Shown here: in pieces, positions 50,516-58,129 of the stretch
Numbering within the stretch: position 1 is the first letter of the stretch
Layout: each line of letters begins with the position of its first letter
DNA from: Rhodothermales bacterium
GTDB lineage: Bacteria > Bacteroidota > Rhodothermia > Rhodothermales > JANQRZ01
Length of the DNA stretch: 64,000 nucleotides
Assembly (NCBI GenBank): GCA_028284265.1
Contig: JANQRZ010000024.1
Location: 64,132 to 128,131, forward strand
Reading direction: 5' to 3'
Translations under genes and position numbers: made by a program
Notes under the pieces: generated by a model
Databases searched by the model: none
What the model was told of the DNA's origin: nothing
Seen by the model: only the letters and a program-made list of their open reading frames with translations

Positions 50516-51505
50516 CTACCCTTCGAGCAGGCCGCGGATCACGTCCACGGCGGAGACGCCCTCGGCCTCGGCGTTGAAGTTGGGGACGATGCGGTGGCGC
50601 AGCACGGGAATCGCCATCCGGTTCACGTCGTCCACGAGTGGCGTCAGTCGCCCGTCAAGCAGCGCGTGGGCTTTGGCTCCGAGAATGAGATACTGCGAAG
50701 CGCGTGGCCCGGCCCCGTAGCTGAGATAGTCGTTGACAGCCTGCGGTGTCCCGTCGCGGCCCGGTCGGGTGCGCGCCACGAGGCGGACGGCGTGCTCGAT
50801 CACGTTGTCCGCCACGGGCACCTGCCGGACGAGGTTTTGATACGCCAGCAGTTCCTCGTGCCCAAGCACGGGGGAAATGTCTGCGGTACGGGCGCCTGTC
50901 GTCGAGCGGACGACATCGACCTCTTGCTTGAAGCTCGGGTAGTCCAGCCAGAGGTTCAGCATGAAGCGGTCAAGCTGGGCTTCGGGAAGGGGATACGTGC
51001 CCTCCTGCTCGATGGGGTTCTGCGTGGCGAGGACGAAGAACGGCTCGTCCAGCACAAACGTCTCGCCCGAGGCGGTGACGTGGTGCTCCTGCATCGCTTC
51101 CAGCAGTGCGGCCTGCGTCTTCGGTGGGGTCCGGTTGATCTCGTCGGCGAGGACGATGTTGGCGAAGATGGGGCCTCGGACGAACTTGAACTCGCGCCGC
51201 CCGGTGTCCTGGTTCTCCTCGATGATCTCGGTGCCGGTGATATCGCTCGGCATCAGGTCCGGGGTGAACTGGATGCGGCTGAACTTCAGGTCGAGCGCCC
51301 GAGCGAGCGTTTGAATGAGCAGCGTCTTGGCGAGGCCGGGGACGCCGACGAGCAGGCAGTGTCCCCGCGCCAGCAGGCACACGATTACCCCGCGCACGAC
51401 CTCGTCCTGCCCGACGATGACCTTGCCGATTTCGCCGCGCAGCCGTCCATAGGCATCGTGGAGCGCATCGACAGCAGTAGGATCAGAGGAAGCGGGGACG
51501 GCCAT
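50516..51505 (-). CDS. MoxR-family AAA+ ATPase
   Basis: The sequence contains GHCLLVGVPGLAKT (Walker A), ANIVLADEINRTPPKTQAALLEAMQE (Walker B/sensor) and QNPIEQEGTYPLPEAQLDRF. Confidence 0.9.
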   Translation of the reverse strand: MAVPASSDPTAVDALHDAYGRLRGEIGKVIVGQDEVVRGVIVCLLARGHCLLVGVPGLAKTLLIQTLARALDLKFSRIQFTPDLMPSDITGTEIIEENQDTGRREFKFVRGPIFANIVLADEINRTPPKTQAALLEAMQEHHVTASGETFVLDEPFFVLATQNPIEQEGTYPLPEAQLDRFMLNLWLDYPSFKQEVDVVRSTTGARTADISPVLGHEELLAYQNLVRQVPVADNVIEHAVRLVARTRPGRDGTPQAVNDYLSYGAGPRASQYLILGAKAHALLDGRLTPLVDDVNRMAIPVLRHRIVPNFNAEAEGVSAVDVIRGLLEG

Positions 51506-51564
51506 GGCAAATTAAGAGTTACGAATAACGAGGGGCGAATGGGTGCGGGATCGGTCGGGGTACG

Positions 51565-52914
51565 TCATTCGACACTCGACACTTCGGCACTCGAAAATTG
51601 GCTGTCTTTGATGGCGATGTAGACCGTCTCTTTCAACTCCTCGACCCACGCATTCATATCCCGCTGCCGCTTTTCCTGAAGGGCGAACTCTTCGATCAGT
51701 GGATAGTCGGTGGCGAGGGTCATGGGGTGGGCCGGGGTACGCTTCTGAAGCTTAACGATGTGGTAGGCGCGCTGCCCGTCAAGGAGGTCCACCTCAGCAG
51801 GATGGCTGACCTCGTCAACCTCCAGCGTGTCAATCGCCGTGTGCCACGCCGGGCTGAGGGCTTCGTAGCGGAGATCGCGGTCGCCGGTCTGGGGGACCGT
51901 GACGTTGCCGCCGCGCGCTGCCGAGGTTTCGTCCTCGGAGAACTCTTTGGCGAGCAGCGCGAAGGAGCCGCCCGCGAGGACTGAGTCGCGGACCATGGTG
52001 AGCGTGGCAATCGCCTCGCTCGGGTCGGTTTGCGATTCGTCGATGCGGATGAGGACGTGGTTGAAGTCCACCACGTCGCCGAGGCGGTTGTTGAGGCGCA
52101 TGACGTGGAACCCGAACTGCGTCTCAAAGACCTGGCTTAGTTCGCCGGGCTGGAGCGTTGCGGCGATAGCCCCAAACTCAGGGACGAGGTCGCGGATGTT
52201 GACGCGCTCGTAGCGCCCGCCGCGCTGCACGCTGCCGGGGTCCTGCGAGAACTGTCCGGCCAAGTCCTCGATGGTATCGGTGCCGGTGGCAATCGAGTCA
52301 CGGATGGCGTCGATGGTGGTGCGGGCGGCGTTGCGGGCGCGCTGGTCGATGGCCGGGAAGCGTACGATGTGGGCGACCCGGACGAGTTCGGGCACTTCGG
52401 GGAGCGAGTCGGTCGGGATCTCGGCGAACCACTCGCGGACCTCCTGCGGGGTGATACGGATCTGGAAATACTTGCGGCGCTGGAAGGTCTGGGCGAGGAG
52501 CTGGTCACGGACCTGGTCGCGGAAGTCCTCACGGATCTGGTTCACGCTCCGGCCATAGAGTTCGACCACCTGATCCTCGCCGCCGAGCTGACGGATGAGT
52601 GCGTCCGTGCGCTGGTCGAGCGCTTCGTTGACTTCATCCGGGGTGACGACGACCGTTGTGTCGCGCCCCGCGTGCTCGACGAGCACCTCCTGCGTGATGA
52701 GGTCGCTGAAGGCTTGACGGCGGACCTCGTCGGAGATCGCGCCGCCGCGTGCGAGTTGAAGCGACAGCGCCTCGACATCCGAGCGGAGAATGACATTACT
52801 CCCGACGACAGCAACGATGCCGTCTACCTCGCCGACAGGCTGGGCGGAGGCAGGCACGGAGCCGAGCAGGAGTGCGCCGGTGAGGACGACGAGAAGGCGG
52901 GGCAGAGGCATCAA
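51565..52914 (-). CDS. SurA-like periplasmic chaperone / parvulin peptidyl-prolyl isomerase
   Basis: A signal peptide and SurA_N-like region are followed by parvulin motifs (RVAHIVRF...GELSQVFETQFGFHVMRL) and a second degenerate rotamase region. Confidence 0.8.
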   Translation of the reverse strand: MMPLPRLLVVLTGALLLGSVPASAQPVGEVDGIVAVVGSNVILRSDVEALSLQLARGGAISDEVRRQAFSDLITQEVLVEHAGRDTTVVVTPDEVNEALDQRTDALIRQLGGEDQVVELYGRSVNQIREDFRDQVRDQLLAQTFQRRKYFQIRITPQEVREWFAEIPTDSLPEVPELVRVAHIVRFPAIDQRARNAARTTIDAIRDSIATGTDTIEDLAGQFSQDPGSVQRGGRYERVNIRDLVPEFGAIAATLQPGELSQVFETQFGFHVMRLNNRLGDVVDFNHVLIRIDESQTDPSEAIATLTMVRDSVLAGGSFALLAKEFSEDETSAARGGNVTVPQTGDRDLRYEALSPAWHTAIDTLEVDEVSHPAEVDLLDGQRAYHIVKLQKRTPAHPMTLATDYPLIEEFALQEKRQRDMNAWVEELKETVYIAIKDSQFSSAEVSSVE

Positions 52915-52961
52915 CAGAGCGGGGTAAGTGCAGGAAAAGAGGTTGAAGACGAGGCGGCGGG

Positions 52962-53885
52962 TCAGGAACCCTCCTCGGCGAGTGCCTGCTGGGTGGAGTC
53001 GGGGAGGGGCGTGGCTTCGAGTTTCGGCTCGCGGATCTCTAGGTTGCCGCGTGACACCGCCTCATTGCGGAGGCGTTGCACCTGACGGGCTACCATCTGT
53101 TTCCGCGCACCGATGGTGAGCTGCTGCCGGACTTCGTCTTCGATCCAAGCAAGCTCTGGCTCGCTGCCTGCCGAGGCACGGTCGACGAGTTGAAGAACGT
53201 GGAAGGTGCTGTCGGTGTCGAGGACGGCGCTGATCTGGCCGGGGCCGAGTTGGCGAATCGTCTGCCAGACCGAGGACTCGTCGGCGAGCAGTCGGCTTTC
53301 GGGGACGTAGGTGCGCCCGAGGGTGAGCGAAGCGGTGGTGTCGATGGCGAAGGACCGGGCAGCGACTTCCCAGAGAGAGTCCTGACGGGCGTTGAGCATG
53401 GCCTGCTGCATCGCACGGCGTGCGGCCTGTGCGGTGTTACGGGTGTTCGTCTCGATGAAGCGGACCCGGACGAATGGTTCACGCAGCCGAAGACGCTCAC
53501 GGTTGCGATCAAAGTAGGTGTCGAGGTCGGCACGGCTGGGATCGATAGCCCCTTCCTCGTAGAGCGAGCCGAGGAGGGCCGCCGCGAGGACGGCTCGTTC
53601 GTTTTCTTCGAGTTGGCGCTGCACGTCGGGCTGCTCGCGGAGGCCACGGGCTTCGGCCTCGCGGGCCATCAGCTCTGCCGTCACCCACTGCTCGATCACC
53701 TGTCGCCGCGCCGTTACGCTGTCCAGTCCTGCGGGGGCTACGTCGAGTGCCGCCTCCAGCGCTGCTTCCGTCAGTACCTCGCTGCCTACGCGGGCGACGT
53801 ATTCATCCGGCACCGGCGGCGCGGCATCGCCACACGCAGCGAGGCCGAGGGCAGTCACGAGAAGAAGGAGGACGAGGCGGGGCAT
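52962..53885 (-). CDS. SurA-N-like chaperone lipoprotein
   Basis: The protein has a lipobox (LGLAACGD) and a helical SurA_N/PpiD-like chaperone region, plus a weak parvulin-like stretch (GQISAVLDTDSTFHVLQL). Confidence 0.55.
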   Translation of the reverse strand: MPRLVLLLLVTALGLAACGDAAPPVPDEYVARVGSEVLTEAALEAALDVAPAGLDSVTARRQVIEQWVTAELMAREAEARGLREQPDVQRQLEENERAVLAAALLGSLYEEGAIDPSRADLDTYFDRNRERLRLREPFVRVRFIETNTRNTAQAARRAMQQAMLNARQDSLWEVAARSFAIDTTASLTLGRTYVPESRLLADESSVWQTIRQLGPGQISAVLDTDSTFHVLQLVDRASAGSEPELAWIEDEVRQQLTIGARKQMVARQVQRLRNEAVSRGNLEIREPKLEATPLPDSTQQALAEEGS

Positions 53886-53976
53886 AGCGGGCTGAAAAGG
53901 GGAGGGGAGCCAGCGTGCGTTCGGCGGCTCCCCTCCTCCATACGCGGCGACGGGTCAGCTTATTGCATCGGAGAGG

Positions 53977-56046
53977 CTACTCCATGGAGGCACTGTCGTC
54001 CATCATGGCCTCTTCTTCCATCATAGGCTCGCCCTCGAAGGCGAAGCGGAGAAACTCAGGGAAGAGTTCGGCGCTGTAGCTCGCACGGAGCCGAGCGCGG
54101 AGCCGCTCGTCCAGCACGTCCTGATAGTCGGCGACTACCTGAGCGCGAGCTTCGTCGAAGGTCATCGCGCGCGGCGGCTCGACCGCGTCGAGGAAGAGGA
54201 TGGCCTGACGGCTCTGATAGGGGAGGACCGAGGAGCGCTGCCCAACATTGAGCACGCGGGCTTGGTCGAATATCGTCTCCGACCCGCCCGTCGCCATCTC
54301 GCGCTCGCTGTTGATGTAGACCGTGTCGATCTGCACGCCATGATCGGCCCCTTCGACGAGGGCTTCGATCTCCAGCGGCGACTGACCCGCATCGAGGGCT
54401 GAGGCGACGACCTGAAGCAAGGAGTCGCTCCGGCTGTAGAAGCCGACGACGCGACGCCGCTCGGGGAACTGGTAGTCGGCAGCGTGGCTCTCGTAGTGGG
54501 CCATCAGCGCGAGCGAATCGCGGGAGGCGGCATTCCAGACAGAGTCCTCGGAGATGCGGAAGAGAAGCACGCCGTCGGCGTAGTCCTGCATGATCCGGCG
54601 GAACTCGGGGTCGCGCTCTTCGAGCCGGAGGGCGACGAGTTCGACAGACTCTTCGTTCAGGAAGTCACCGGCGAGTTCGAGGAGTTGGCTGGACTGGTCG
54701 GCCCCCGGTGTTGGGCGGGCCTGCCGGATGTAGTCGGCGAACTCGTTGAGCGTGAACGAGGAGTCGCCGACGGTGGCAAAGCTCTCGCCGCCCATGTCGC
54801 CGAAGTTCTGGGTGGCGGCGAGGAAAATGAGGCTATCCGGCGTGTAGGGAGCGGTCGCGCGGTTCAAGACATCGCTATCGACCATGCTGCCGACCTCTTC
54901 GCGGAACGCTTTGCCGACGGCTTGGCGGCGGACGGCGGTGCGCGGCAGGCGTTCGGCGGTCTGCTTCAGGTCGGGATACGCCTCGTCGTAGGTGGGCAGG
55001 TCCTTCCGGTCGGTGAGGAGGATAATGTGGTAGCCGAAGCGGGTCTCAACCACGTCCGACACGTCGCCGATGGCTGAGAGGGCATAGGCCGCGTTGGCGA
55101 ACGGCTCGACCATGCGCGAGCGGGCGAAGAAGCCGAGGTCGCCGCCTCGCTGGCCCGAGGCCTCATCGTCGGAATACTGACGGGCGAGGGTGGCGAAGTC
55201 TTCCCCGGCGAGCACGCGGTCACGGAGCGACGCCGCCAACTCGCGGGCTTCGGTGGAGTCGGTGGCGGTGGCCTCAGGGCTGATGCGGATGAGGATGTGC
55301 GAGGCCTGAATCTCGCCCTCGGCCGGGCGGCGGTCCGTGACGTTCAGGATGTGATAGCCGAAGCGTGTTCGGAACGTCGGCGAGACCTCGCCAACCGGTG
55401 TCTCGTAGGCCATGTCCTCGAACGCCTGAATCATCCGGCCGCCCGAGAAAAAGCCGAGGTCGCCCCGGTTGTTTTGGGCCGACGGGTCCTCGGAGTGGCG
55501 CACGGCTAACTCCTCGAAGTCAGCGCCCGCGACGATGGAGTCGCGCAGGGTCTCTAGCTTGGTGTAGGCCGCGAGCGTGTCTTCGGGCGCGGCGTTCTCA
55601 TTCACGCGGATCAGGATGTGCGCAGCGCGGATTTCCTCTTTCTGCTTCTCGTACAGGTCGCGCGTGATGTCTTCCAAGACTTCGCGCTCGACGAGGTACG
55701 GCTTGGCAAGCTGGGCGCGGTAGTCATCGACTTCCGCTACGAGTGCCGAGTCTTGGTCGAGGCCGAGGTCGCGGGCCTGCTGCACCTTGAGACGGAAATC
55801 GACGTAGCGGCTGAGGAAGTCTTCGTAGGCCCCGAGGGAGTCTGCCGCGGCGGCGTCGCGCCCGCCGACAGTCAGGGCGTAGCGGTCTTCAAAATCGCCG
55901 AGCGTTAGCGTCTCGCCCGCGAACGTCGCGACGACGGCAGCGTCGGGGTCAGCAGGAAGACGGAGGCCGGACGAACAGCCTGCGACGAGGCCGACGAAAA
56001 GAACGACGGCGAGGGTAGGCAGGAGAGCAGAGCGGAATCGCTGCAT
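53977..56046 (-). CDS. PpiD/PrsA-like chaperone lipoprotein with two parvulin PPIase domains
   Basis: The start was moved to MQRFRSALLPTLAVVLFVGLVAGCSS (lipobox; cat at 56044-56046). The two rotamase domains are IRAAHILIRV...GDLGFFSGGRMIQAFEDMAY...TRFGYHILNV and IQASHILIRI...GDLGFFARSRMVEPFANAAY...TRFGYHIILL. Confidence 0.8.
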   Translation of the reverse strand: MQRFRSALLPTLAVVLFVGLVAGCSSGLRLPADPDAAVVATFAGETLTLGDFEDRYALTVGGRDAAAADSLGAYEDFLSRYVDFRLKVQQARDLGLDQDSALVAEVDDYRAQLAKPYLVEREVLEDITRDLYEKQKEEIRAAHILIRVNENAAPEDTLAAYTKLETLRDSIVAGADFEELAVRHSEDPSAQNNRGDLGFFSGGRMIQAFEDMAYETPVGEVSPTFRTRFGYHILNVTDRRPAEGEIQASHILIRISPEATATDSTEARELAASLRDRVLAGEDFATLARQYSDDEASGQRGGDLGFFARSRMVEPFANAAYALSAIGDVSDVVETRFGYHIILLTDRKDLPTYDEAYPDLKQTAERLPRTAVRRQAVGKAFREEVGSMVDSDVLNRATAPYTPDSLIFLAATQNFGDMGGESFATVGDSSFTLNEFADYIRQARPTPGADQSSQLLELAGDFLNEESVELVALRLEERDPEFRRIMQDYADGVLLFRISEDSVWNAASRDSLALMAHYESHAADYQFPERRRVVGFYSRSDSLLQVVASALDAGQSPLEIEALVEGADHGVQIDTVYINSEREMATGGSETIFDQARVLNVGQRSSVLPYQSRQAILFLDAVEPPRAMTFDEARAQVVADYQDVLDERLRARLRASYSAELFPEFLRFAFEGEPMMEEEAMMDDSASME

Positions 56047-56213
56047 GTTGAGTCGGAGAGTGGCAGTCAGGGGATACGGATTCGAAAGCGTGCGAAAATA
56101 CACTGTCCCGTTTGCGCGTTCAGAGGATGGAGGTTTAAGCATCGGCGAAAAACGCGCAAGGCAGAGAGCAACTTTGGCCAAGATGCTGTGTCTACCTCGA
56201 AACCTTCCTGCTT

Positions 56214-56795
56214 ATGGCGCCGGACGACCGTTCCCTCATCGAAGCGTTCCAAGCGGGCGACGAGTTCGCCTTCGTCACCCTGTACAACCGCTACAAAGCC
56301 TCCGTCTATGCCTTCTGTGCCAAGATGCTGCTCGACCGGGCGGCGGCGGAGGATGTGCTGCAAGAGACCTTCGTTCGGGTCTACGAGAACCGCGAGCGGC
56401 TCACGCGCCCCGGCTCATTCAAGGCGTGGCTCTTCACCATCGCTCGGAACCAGTGCCTGAACCAGCTTCGGCGGAGCGGGCGGCAGGTGCCCCTCGGCGA
56501 GACCGAGCCGACGGCGCGAGGGGAGACGCCGTTCTCGCAACTCATGAAGAGCGAACAGGTCGCGCTCGTCAACGAGTACCTCGGCCACCTCAGCCCGGAG
56601 TACCGCGAGGTGATCGTCCTTCGGGAATACCAGAACCTGAGCTACGAGGAGATCGCGGCGGTGACGCGCAACACGGTGTCGTCGGTCAAGAGTCGCCTCT
56701 TCAAAGCGCGCCGCAAGCTCGGCACCTTCCTTCGTCCGATCCTTGACCCCGACCCCGGCTCGGTGCCCACCTCGGCTGCAACCCGCAACGCCTGA
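56214..56795 (+). CDS. ECF-type RNA polymerase sigma-70 factor
   Basis: Region 2 is FVTLYNRYKASVYAFCAKML...AEDVLQETFVRVY. Region 4 is EYREVIVLREYQNLSYEEIAAVTRNTVSSVKSRLFKARRKL. Confidence 0.9.
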   Translation: MAPDDRSLIEAFQAGDEFAFVTLYNRYKASVYAFCAKMLLDRAAAEDVLQETFVRVYENRERLTRPGSFKAWLFTIARNQCLNQLRRSGRQVPLGETEPTARGETPFSQLMKSEQVALVNEYLGHLSPEYREVIVLREYQNLSYEEIAAVTRNTVSSVKSRLFKARRKLGTFLRPILDPDPGSVPTSAATRNA

Positions 56796-56833
56796 TTTCG
56801 TCTCGACGCCTGTCCTCCTGCTGATGACCTCTT

Positions 56834-57286
56834 GTGATGACTGACCACACCGAAGACTTGCTAAACCTCTACGTGGACGGCGAGCTACCGCTCGACCGGC
56901 AGGGCGAGCTGTTCGCCCACCTTGCTGAGAGCCGCGAGGCGCGGGTGCAATTCAACGCCCTCATGGACTTCCGCCTCGCCACGCGCATCGACGCCAACCC
57001 CGTCGCGCCCGCCGTAGACGAAGCGCTCTTCCAGCGGATCGACGAGCTTCGGGCCGGACCCGTCCGCGACCGGGCCGGGGACCGCCAGCCCTTTCGCGCC
57101 CTCCGTCGACGGGTGACGGTCGGGACCGCGCTCGCGCTTGTGGCACTCGTGATCGCCGTCGGCGCGCTCCTGCCGGGGCCCGAGCCGGTCGAGACCGTGC
57201 GAATCGTGCCCATTGAGCACGCCGAGCCGGTCTACGTGATCTACCCCGGCGTGACGGTCGAAGACGACACCCTTGAAGGGCAATAG
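56834..57286 (+). CDS. Anti-sigma factor (cognate to upstream ECF sigma)
   Basis: The gene lies immediately downstream of the sigma factor. The N-terminal anti-sigma pattern is LLNLYVDGELPLDRQGELFAHLAESREARVQFNAL, with a single TM helix (VGTALALVALVIAVGALL). The start is GTG/ATG at 56834/56837. Confidence 0.6.
   Translation: MMTDHTEDLLNLYVDGELPLDRQGELFAHLAESREARVQFNALMDFRLATRIDANPVAPAVDEALFQRIDELRAGPVRDRAGDRQPFRALRRRVTVGTALALVALVIAVGALLPGPEPVETVRIVPIEHAEPVYVIYPGVTVEDDTLEGQ
57251..57286 (+). repeat. Copy A of a 36-nt direct repeat (functional 3' end of the anti-sigma gene, VTVEDDTLEGQ*)
   Basis: The sequence is GTGACGGTCGAAGACGACACCCTTGAAGGGCAATAG. Copy B is at 57878-57913. Confidence 0.9.
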
Positions 57287-57300
57287 GCTGTCCATTGCTC

Positions 57301-57861
57301 ATGCGCAAAGCGATCCTCTGGCTTCTCGGCATCGCCCTACTTGCGCTCGCGTCGCCGGTTGTAAAGAATGTCTATCTCTTTGCTACCTATGAGCACGGTC
57401 ACGAAGCACTCACTCGAACTGCAGGGCAGACAGGTCAACTCGCAGGAGTCTGGGAAGGGACGTTTGACACGTATGAGTGCGGGATAGATCAGCGGCAGAG
57501 CTTTCGCCTCGCTCTGGACGCCTACGGAGAGGGGCAGCTAGACTACAGCTTCTTTGGAGATCGCATTGGTACGAGCGGTGCGCCGAATCTTTACTCATGG
57601 GCTGCGTTGCTTCCCTATGATCGAGATATGGTGAGGACTTACTCTGCATCCGTGCGTGATTCCAGCGGGGTTTTCGTAATCGAGCCGGGTGAGCCGTGGT
57701 TCTCCGAGTATCGGGAGACAGAGTACATGGCATACCATCTGCGAGGAGACTCGCTCTACTTCGCATACGTGAACGTTCCAAATGACGAGCCGAAAGAGTG
57801 GGGTTTGTGGTCTTCCGATCAACTCGTATCCGTAGAGGACCTGTTATTGGGCTGGTGGTAG
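57301..57861 (+). CDS. Hypothetical secreted protein (lower GC, bracketed by the 36-nt repeat)
   Basis: The signal peptide is MRKAILWLLGIALLALASPV. The protein is aromatic-rich, and no family was recognised. Confidence 0.5.
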   Translation: MRKAILWLLGIALLALASPVVKNVYLFATYEHGHEALTRTAGQTGQLAGVWEGTFDTYECGIDQRQSFRLALDAYGEGQLDYSFFGDRIGTSGAPNLYSWAALLPYDRDMVRTYSASVRDSSGVFVIEPGEPWFSEYRETEYMAYHLRGDSLYFAYVNVPNDEPKEWGLWSSDQLVSVEDLLLGWW

Positions 57862-57877
57862 TGTCTCTGTTTCAAGG

Positions 57878-57913
57878 GTGACGGTCGAGGACGACACGCT
57901 CGAAGGGCAGTAA
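57878..57913 (+). repeat. Copy B of the 36-nt direct repeat (orphan gene-end relic)
   Basis: The sequence is GTGACGGTCGAGGACGACACGCTCGAAGGGCAGTAA, identical to copy A at 31 of 36 positions. All 5 differences fall at third codon positions and are synonymous, including TAG to TAA. Confidence 0.9.
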
Positions 57914-57920
57914 TTAAGGC

Positions 57921-57949
57921 TTGACGCCGGGAGGCCGAAGGTGTATCCT
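57921..57949 (+). promoter_or_regulatory. Candidate sigma-70-like promoter for the asnB leader
   Basis: TTGACG (57921-57926) is separated by a 17-nt spacer from TATCCT (57944-57949). This is only a match to the generic -35/-10 consensus. The promoter consensus of this lineage may differ. Confidence 0.3.
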
Positions 57950-57976
57950 GTGACCGGCCCACGCCCGCAACGATCT

Positions 57977-58051
57977 ATGCTCTCGCTCAACGTCAATAAC
58001 GTGAATCCGAATCCGGCTCCCCGAGGGGTTGCGGAACCCGGTGCGCGTTGA
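57977..58051 (+). promoter_or_regulatory. Asn-rich leader peptide ORF upstream of asnB (MLSLNVNNVNPNPAPRGVAEPGAR*)
   Basis: This is a hand-translated 24-codon ORF. Five of the eight codons from 5 to 12 are Asn (AAC/AAT, 57989-58012). It lies between the candidate promoter and the terminator hairpin that precedes asnB. Confidence 0.55.
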
Positions 58052-58078
58052 CGACAGCGATCCATCCGGCATTCCAAG

Positions 58079-58110
58079 CGGCTCCTCCAGACGGGGGAGT
58101 CGCTTTTTTT
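58079..58110 (+). terminator. Intrinsic terminator/attenuator 20 nt upstream of the asnB start
   Basis: CGGCTCCTCC (58079-58088) pairs with GGGGGAGTCG (58093-58102) as 10 bp including 2 G-U pairs. The loop is AGAC, followed by CTTTTTTT (58103-58110). Confidence 0.7.
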
Positions 58111-58129
58111 GTCTCAACCTCCCGAACCC

